A DNA stretch of 64,000 bases from Bdellovibrionota bacterium. GTDB lineage: Bacteria > Bdellovibrionota_G > JALEGL01 > DATDPG01. The first letter of the stretch is position 1; every line of letters begins with the position of its first letter. The notes under the pieces are model-generated. The model was not told the origin of the DNA and searched no databases. It worked only from the letters and a program-made list of their open reading frames with translations. The DNA is taken from NCBI GenBank assembly GCA_963668355.1, contig OY764265.1, positions 64,001 to 128,000 on the forward strand. The letters are read 5' to 3'. The translations under genes were made by a program, and so were the position numbers. Of the stretch, positions 59,092 to 64,000 are shown piece after piece.

Positions 59092-60336
59092 TTATTTTTC
59101 AGCAACCAGCTTGGATAACTCCGCCAACGCCTGAACCGCCTTCTCCATCACGCCCAGAGCCACCCACTCTTGTTTGGAATGGAAATTTTGTCCCCCGGCA
59201 AAAAAGTTGGGCGTCGGCAACCCCATGAATGACAGGCGAGCCCCATCCGTTCCGCCGCGAATGATCTCCACTTTCGGTTCAACACCAATTTTTCGCAAAC
59301 TCTCCAAGGCCAATTCGGTCACCTCGGGATGTTTATCCAATTCATACCGCATGTTTCGGTAATACTCTTTGATTTCGATTTTACATGTAGCTTTGGGATA
59401 CTTCGCTCCGACTTCCTCCACAATGCCTCGAAGAAGATTCTCTTTTTCACGCAAGCCCTCTACATCAAATGCCCGCAACAAAAACTGAATCGTGGTTTCC
59501 TCCACGGAGGCTTTCATATCATTCGGGTGAATGTAGGCTTCTCGGTTTTCAGTGGTCTCCGGAGCCCCTTCTTTGGGAAGACGAGCAATGATTTCGGAGG
59601 CAACCTTAATGGAATTGACCATCTTGCCTTTGGCGAATCCTGGATGAACATTGATGCCTTTTACAGTAAGAATGGCCGAGTCCGCACAAAACGTTTCATT
59701 TTCAATTTCGCCCAAGCTGGATCCATCAATGGTATACGCAAACTCGGCGCCGAATTTTTTCACATCAAAGTGGTTGGCTCCACAACCAATTTCTTCATCC
59801 GGCGTGAACCCAATTTTGATCTCTCCATGAGAGATTTCTGGATTGCGATTCAAGTATGCGATCAAACTCATGACGATGGCAATTCCGCCTTTGTCATCCG
59901 CGCCCAAAAGTGTTGTGCCATCTGCCGTGATGATTGTATCTCCGATAAAATCCTTCAACATGGGATTGTCTTCCACACGGATGGAAACCGAAGAATCCCC
60001 TGGGAGCTGAATATCCGTTCCATCATAGTTCTCGTGAAGAATCGGTTTAACGTTTTTTCCAGAAACATCCGGAGACGTATCCAAATGGGTAATCAAACCA
60101 AAAGCGGGGGCGGTTTTTCCCTCCGGAAGATTGGAAGGAAGGGTGCCATAAACGTAGCATTTATCGGTGAGTTCAACATTTTTTACGCCCAACTCGTTCA
60201 GTTCGTTGACCAGCAGCTTGGCTAGATCAAATTGTTTTTTGGTGCTGGGCGTCTTCCCCGTCGTAGGATCAGATTCGGTGTCGATTTTGACGTAACGGGT
60301 GAAACGTTCGAGAACTTCGGTCTTGATTTTGTCCAT
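59092..60336 (-). CDS. pepT: Peptidase T (M20B tripeptidase)
   Basis: HLDTSPD, LLGADDKGG, FTPDEEIG, HPGFAK, IRGGTDG. Confidence 0.95.
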   Translation of the reverse strand: MDKIKTEVLERFTRYVKIDTESDPTTGKTPSTKKQFDLAKLLVNELNELGVKNVELTDKCYVYGTLPSNLPEGKTAPAFGLITHLDTSPDVSGKNVKPILHENYDGTDIQLPGDSSVSIRVEDNPMLKDFIGDTIITADGTTLLGADDKGGIAIVMSLIAYLNRNPEISHGEIKIGFTPDEEIGCGANHFDVKKFGAEFAYTIDGSSLGEIENETFCADSAILTVKGINVHPGFAKGKMVNSIKVASEIIARLPKEGAPETTENREAYIHPNDMKASVEETTIQFLLRAFDVEGLREKENLLRGIVEEVGAKYPKATCKIEIKEYYRNMRYELDKHPEVTELALESLRKIGVEPKVEIIRGGTDGARLSFMGLPTPNFFAGGQNFHSKQEWVALGVMEKAVQALAELSKLVAEK

Positions 60337-60527
60337 GACAAACCTTTCTTCACTAAAAATAATATCTTTCTTCTGTTTAAAGAAAGGTCACCAAGGTCAA
60401 CATGATTCTGGTCATGTTTGCCTCTCCAAATCACCGCAAACACACGTGAATTCTTGACCGAACCCCCCCGCACTGCTAACCATGGCGGCGGATTTGGGGT
60501 TATTTTTCCAGGCGGAAGGAGCTTGTT

Positions 60528-61757
60528 GTGGGTTTACTAGACAAACAGACGATGGAGTGGAAAGAGAAAGCGCATCACGTAGCGGAGAGCGTTGTTCGGC
60601 CTGTAGCAGCAAAGTACGATGAGGCTCAAGAATATCCACAAGAAGTTAAAAAAGCCCTGATTGAAAATGACCTTCTGGGGGTTTGGATTCCCAAAGAATA
60701 TGGCGGACAAGGAGGTCGAATCATTGACCTTTGCGTGTGCGTAGAGGAACTCTCCCGAGCCTGTGGTGGCGTAGGCGTTCTCTATGCCGTAAACGCTTTA
60801 GGCTCTTTTCCCATCATCGTCGCTGGGACGGATGAGCAGAAAAAGCAGTACCTCCCCAAGGTGGCCAAAGGCGAAAAGCTCATTGCCTTCTGCCTTTCTG
60901 AAAAATTTGCCGGTTCAGATGCAGCCAGTCTCTATACGCCCGCCACTCCTGACGGAGAGGATTACATCATTCATGGTGAAAAGAAATGGACCACCAATGG
61001 CGGGGCAGCGGACCTGTACACGGTCTTTGCCGTAACCGACCCCACCTCCCGAAGTCGACGAATCAGTGCGTTTATGGTCGAAAGCGATAATCCCGGATTT
61101 TCCATCGGAAAAGTGGAAGATAAAATGGGCATCCGCTGCGTCCCCGTCGCAGAAACCGTATTCAATCAATGTCGTGTATCTAAAAATGCCCTACTGGGTG
61201 GAAAACCCGGACTGGGCTTCAAACATGCCATGATGACTTTGGACCGTGCCAGACCCGGTGTTGCGGCACAAGCCGTAGGCCTTGCGCAAGGAGCCTTGGA
61301 CTACGCCCTTCTCTACACCTCTGAGCGAAGACAATTTGGCCAAACCTTGGCCAGCATGCAAATGGTTCAACAAATGCTCGCGGAAATGTCGTGCAAAGTC
61401 GAAGCAGCTCGGCAACTGGTTTATACCGCCGCCCGCGCCCTTCAAGAAGGCGATCCCGCTTCCAATCGATTGGCCGCTCAATGCAAATATTTCGCAACAG
61501 AAACCGCGATGGAAGTGACAACCAAATCAGTTCAGCTCTTTGGTGGATACGGCTACATGCGCGATTATCCCATTGAGAAATACATGCGAGATGCCAAGAT
61601 CACACAGATCTACGAAGGCACCAACCAGGTCCAACTCTTGGTCGTAGCACGCAATTTAATTAAGTCCGTGAGCACACTCAAACATCTAAAGAAGTATCTT
61701 CCCGAAGAAACCCAACTCGGCGTAAGCAAAGAAGACCTCGAAGCTCGCGAAAAATAA
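60528..61757 (+). CDS. Acyl-CoA dehydrogenase
   Basis: FCLSE..AGSD, GEKKWTTNG, R.QFG, GGYGY, IYEGTNQ. Confidence 0.94.
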   Translation: MGLLDKQTMEWKEKAHHVAESVVRPVAAKYDEAQEYPQEVKKALIENDLLGVWIPKEYGGQGGRIIDLCVCVEELSRACGGVGVLYAVNALGSFPIIVAGTDEQKKQYLPKVAKGEKLIAFCLSEKFAGSDAASLYTPATPDGEDYIIHGEKKWTTNGGAADLYTVFAVTDPTSRSRRISAFMVESDNPGFSIGKVEDKMGIRCVPVAETVFNQCRVSKNALLGGKPGLGFKHAMMTLDRARPGVAAQAVGLAQGALDYALLYTSERRQFGQTLASMQMVQQMLAEMSCKVEAARQLVYTAARALQEGDPASNRLAAQCKYFATETAMEVTTKSVQLFGGYGYMRDYPIEKYMRDAKITQIYEGTNQVQLLVVARNLIKSVSTLKHLKKYLPEETQLGVSKEDLEAREK

Positions 61758-61777
61758 ACGTGCGTTTGTGAGACGAT

Positions 61778-61800
61778 CAAAAGTGAAACGTTCACTTTTG
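61778..61800. repeat. Palindromic element CAAAAGTGAA-ACG-TTCACTTTTG
   Basis: Same family as 58269 and 24882; lies at a convergent junction. Confidence 0.75.
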
Positions 61801-61805
61801 GTAGG

Positions 61806-63545
61806 TTATTGGCCGTCCCAACCGGCCAGGCGGGCCATCATCCACCAAAAGGCTTTTCCTTTTCGAACGCAGTTGAAAGGGTGCGAGTGGGCACAAGAGC
61901 CCGGTAAGCTCTGACAATCATCTGGATGGGCGGAGCACCAGTCTGCGCACCATGAGCAGGCATCCGTCGTATTCGGATAATAGTTTCCGTTCGGGTCATA
62001 ACTCTCGATATCGGCGAAATCGAAAAGGACCTTTCCATTGGCCACCACATAGTCTCGAACCATTTCATTGTTTCGTTCCAAGGTGGCACTTCCCCCGTCC
62101 GTGTGACCCGTCATGTAAATAAACCGCATATCCGGATATTCGGACTCCAGTTGATCCATTTGACTCAAATAGAACTCCACTTTGGCTTCTGAATTGGAGG
62201 ATTGTTGTCCGCACCAGGACCACATGGAAAAGTCATAACTTCCGGTATCTGCCACGCTCCTCGTTCGATCCAAGGCATTAGCAGCAATCTGCGTATCCCA
62301 ATAGTCCTCTGGAGTGATGTACGTTTCAGGAGGATTTCCATCATACATCCGCAATGCTGGGGGGTTTTCGACCGGAGGCAAACCTTCTGTACCGTCCGCC
62401 CGCCGAGCAAAACTATATGTCGAATCCACGCCTTCCAACCAAGACGCTCCTGAATTCAATTGACTGCCATGAGAGGTATGCGCGTAGTGAATGGTCAAGA
62501 GTTTGGCTTGCTCAAGCCAATATGAAGGAATGTCCTCAAACGCATCCACAGCATGATGATCCACGACGATATGAGAACCCGGTTGAGAGGCCTCATTAAT
62601 ATAGAGGGTGACCGTAGCCGAGTCACTCCATAATTCCCCGTCCGTCACTCGAAAACGGAATTGATCGGTCCCTGAAAAATCTTCGTCCGGTTCATAGACC
62701 ACGGAACCGGTCTCCTCGTTAAAATTGGAAAGGCTTCCATGGCTGGGGTGCGAAAGCAGCTCGAAGTCAATATCGGTTCCTTCAGGATCTTGTCCTTGGA
62801 GCGAAAAACTCAAGGTTCCATTTTCTGTCATGCTTCGCGAAAAAGAAATGGCCACAGGGGGTTGGTTCTCCTGTTCAACGGTTAAACTCACCGTCGCCCA
62901 TCCGCTGAAATTCTCTCCATCAAACACGCGATACGTAAAAGAGTCCGAACCCGCCGAAGTCCCGGCGGTGTACTGAACTTCACCGGTGTTTGGATTGAGA
63001 CCTTGAAGACTTCCCCTGGAAGGCGGAGTGCCCACTTCGAAGGTCAATTCTTCAGGTCCTTGATCCGGATCATTTCCCAAAAGTTGAATGGAAACGGTTT
63101 CGCCGACCATCACAACCGATTCAAAGGTAAAGCTTTGAGCTTCCGGAGGCCGATTCGTCGAAGAAGAGGCCAGCACCTGGATCTCAATGACTGCGTCTGT
63201 ACTGGTCGTTTGGCCGTCAGTTACACAAAAATGAAAACGATCTCCCCCCAACGCATTTGATTGAAAGGCAAGCGTTCCTTCATCCTCATCAAAATCTAAA
63301 AGCGTTCCGTTCTCGGGTTGTCGCGTAATGATGTACCGAAGCCCTTCGGGTCCTTGAACAGGATCATGAGCGGTTAACTGAATCGAAAGCCTCAACCCTT
63401 GAACAATCTGAAATTGATTGGACTCAGCCGTCGGCGAATGATTTTCCTGACTCAAGCCTTCTTGGGTGACATCCAGGTTGCTCCGCACCAAATCTTGGCA
63501 CGCCACCAAAGACAAACACATCAGAGATAAAAGAAAACGATTCAT
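61806..63545 (-). CDS. Lipoprotein with three cadherin/Ig-like (Big_9) repeats and a C-terminal putative hydrolase (SGNH-like) domain
   Basis: Lipobox LVAC; three N.PP.A....D.F.(F/Y).V.DG repeats; HTSHGSQ, FDFADIES, CAHSHPFNC. Confidence 0.72.
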   Translation of the reverse strand: MNRFLLSLMCLSLVACQDLVRSNLDVTQEGLSQENHSPTAESNQFQIVQGLRLSIQLTAHDPVQGPEGLRYIITRQPENGTLLDFDEDEGTLAFQSNALGGDRFHFCVTDGQTTSTDAVIEIQVLASSSTNRPPEAQSFTFESVVMVGETVSIQLLGNDPDQGPEELTFEVGTPPSRGSLQGLNPNTGEVQYTAGTSAGSDSFTYRVFDGENFSGWATVSLTVEQENQPPVAISFSRSMTENGTLSFSLQGQDPEGTDIDFELLSHPSHGSLSNFNEETGSVVYEPDEDFSGTDQFRFRVTDGELWSDSATVTLYINEASQPGSHIVVDHHAVDAFEDIPSYWLEQAKLLTIHYAHTSHGSQLNSGASWLEGVDSTYSFARRADGTEGLPPVENPPALRMYDGNPPETYITPEDYWDTQIAANALDRTRSVADTGSYDFSMWSWCGQQSSNSEAKVEFYLSQMDQLESEYPDMRFIYMTGHTDGGSATLERNNEMVRDYVVANGKVLFDFADIESYDPNGNYYPNTTDACSWCADWCSAHPDDCQSLPGSCAHSHPFNCVRKGKAFWWMMARLAGWDGQ

Positions 63546-63714
63546 GTTCAAAACCGTCTTTTACTCTCTTCAAAATTTGGGCCAGATTCCAAGGCAGAGA
63601 TGTATGTTTTTTTCTTTATTTTCAGCTACTTAAAAGTCCAGTCCAGGCAGAAACATTTCTGCCTGGAAATTCCGACACAAAAATTCGTAGATTGTGAAAA
63701 AAGGTCAATCGGGC

Positions 63715-63999
63715 CTATTTTCTCACTTCCAGAGTCACGGTTCCCAGCGTCGCTCCTGCAACTTCCATATCCTTATAGGCTTCAACATGAAACGTTCCCG
63801 TAGACTTGGGAACAAAGGTAAACACGCGGTGCTCATCCTGACCCGCTTTCCGAGTTCGAGAAAACTTCACAGAACCCGGCCTTTTTTTGGCTCGATCTTC
63901 TTCAACCTCTCGAAGATTTCGAAACGACGTTTCGTCTCCCGGTTGGGTCAAGCGAACTTCAATATTATACCGATTCGTGTCGACATACTTGTAGTCGAC
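63715..63999 (-). CDS. 5'-partial hypothetical protein running off the window
   Basis: Frame is open to the window edge; beta-rich C-terminus. Confidence 0.5.
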   Translation of the reverse strand, partial: VDYKYVDTNRYNIEVRLTQPGDETSFRNLREVEEDRAKKRPGSVKFSRTRKAGQDEHRVFTFVPKSTGTFHVEAYKDMEVAGATLGTVTLEVRK

Positions 64000-64000
64000 C

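Overview
A gene-dense bacterial chromosomal segment. MYXO-CTERM-like sorting, many secreted lipoproteins and sigma54 promoters suggest a deltaproteobacterial-grade organism (Myxococcota/Bdellovibrionota-like); this is inference only. The left end (1-5.5 kb) is accessory: a partial HAD gene with a duplicated C-terminal domain, a truncated IS91-family (HUH/Y2) transposase beside an array of three covarying hairpins, and a MYXO-CTERM beta-helix protein. The rest is mostly housekeeping and energy metabolism: a STAND-type adenylate cyclase, an HCF101-type Mrp, nifJ plus a DHOD-like gene, a cytochrome c-Rieske-cytochrome b-pentaheme cytochrome operon, a 2-oxoacid oxidoreductase with a beta-gamma fusion, an EF-G paralogue, an ArsR-TolC-RND-DUF2892 operon with no adaptor gene, pepT, a beta-phosphoglucomutase and an acyl-CoA dehydrogenase. 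Large surface lipoproteins are interspersed, several behind sigma54 promoters. The notable non-coding or unannotated signals are the hairpin array, a sigma54-driven 59-aa ORF, a palindrome family at convergent gene ends, a ~100-nt hairpin after pepT and two apparent frameshifts. I found no rRNA, tRNA or CRISPR array. All product calls are motif recognition by eye; no database searches were run.
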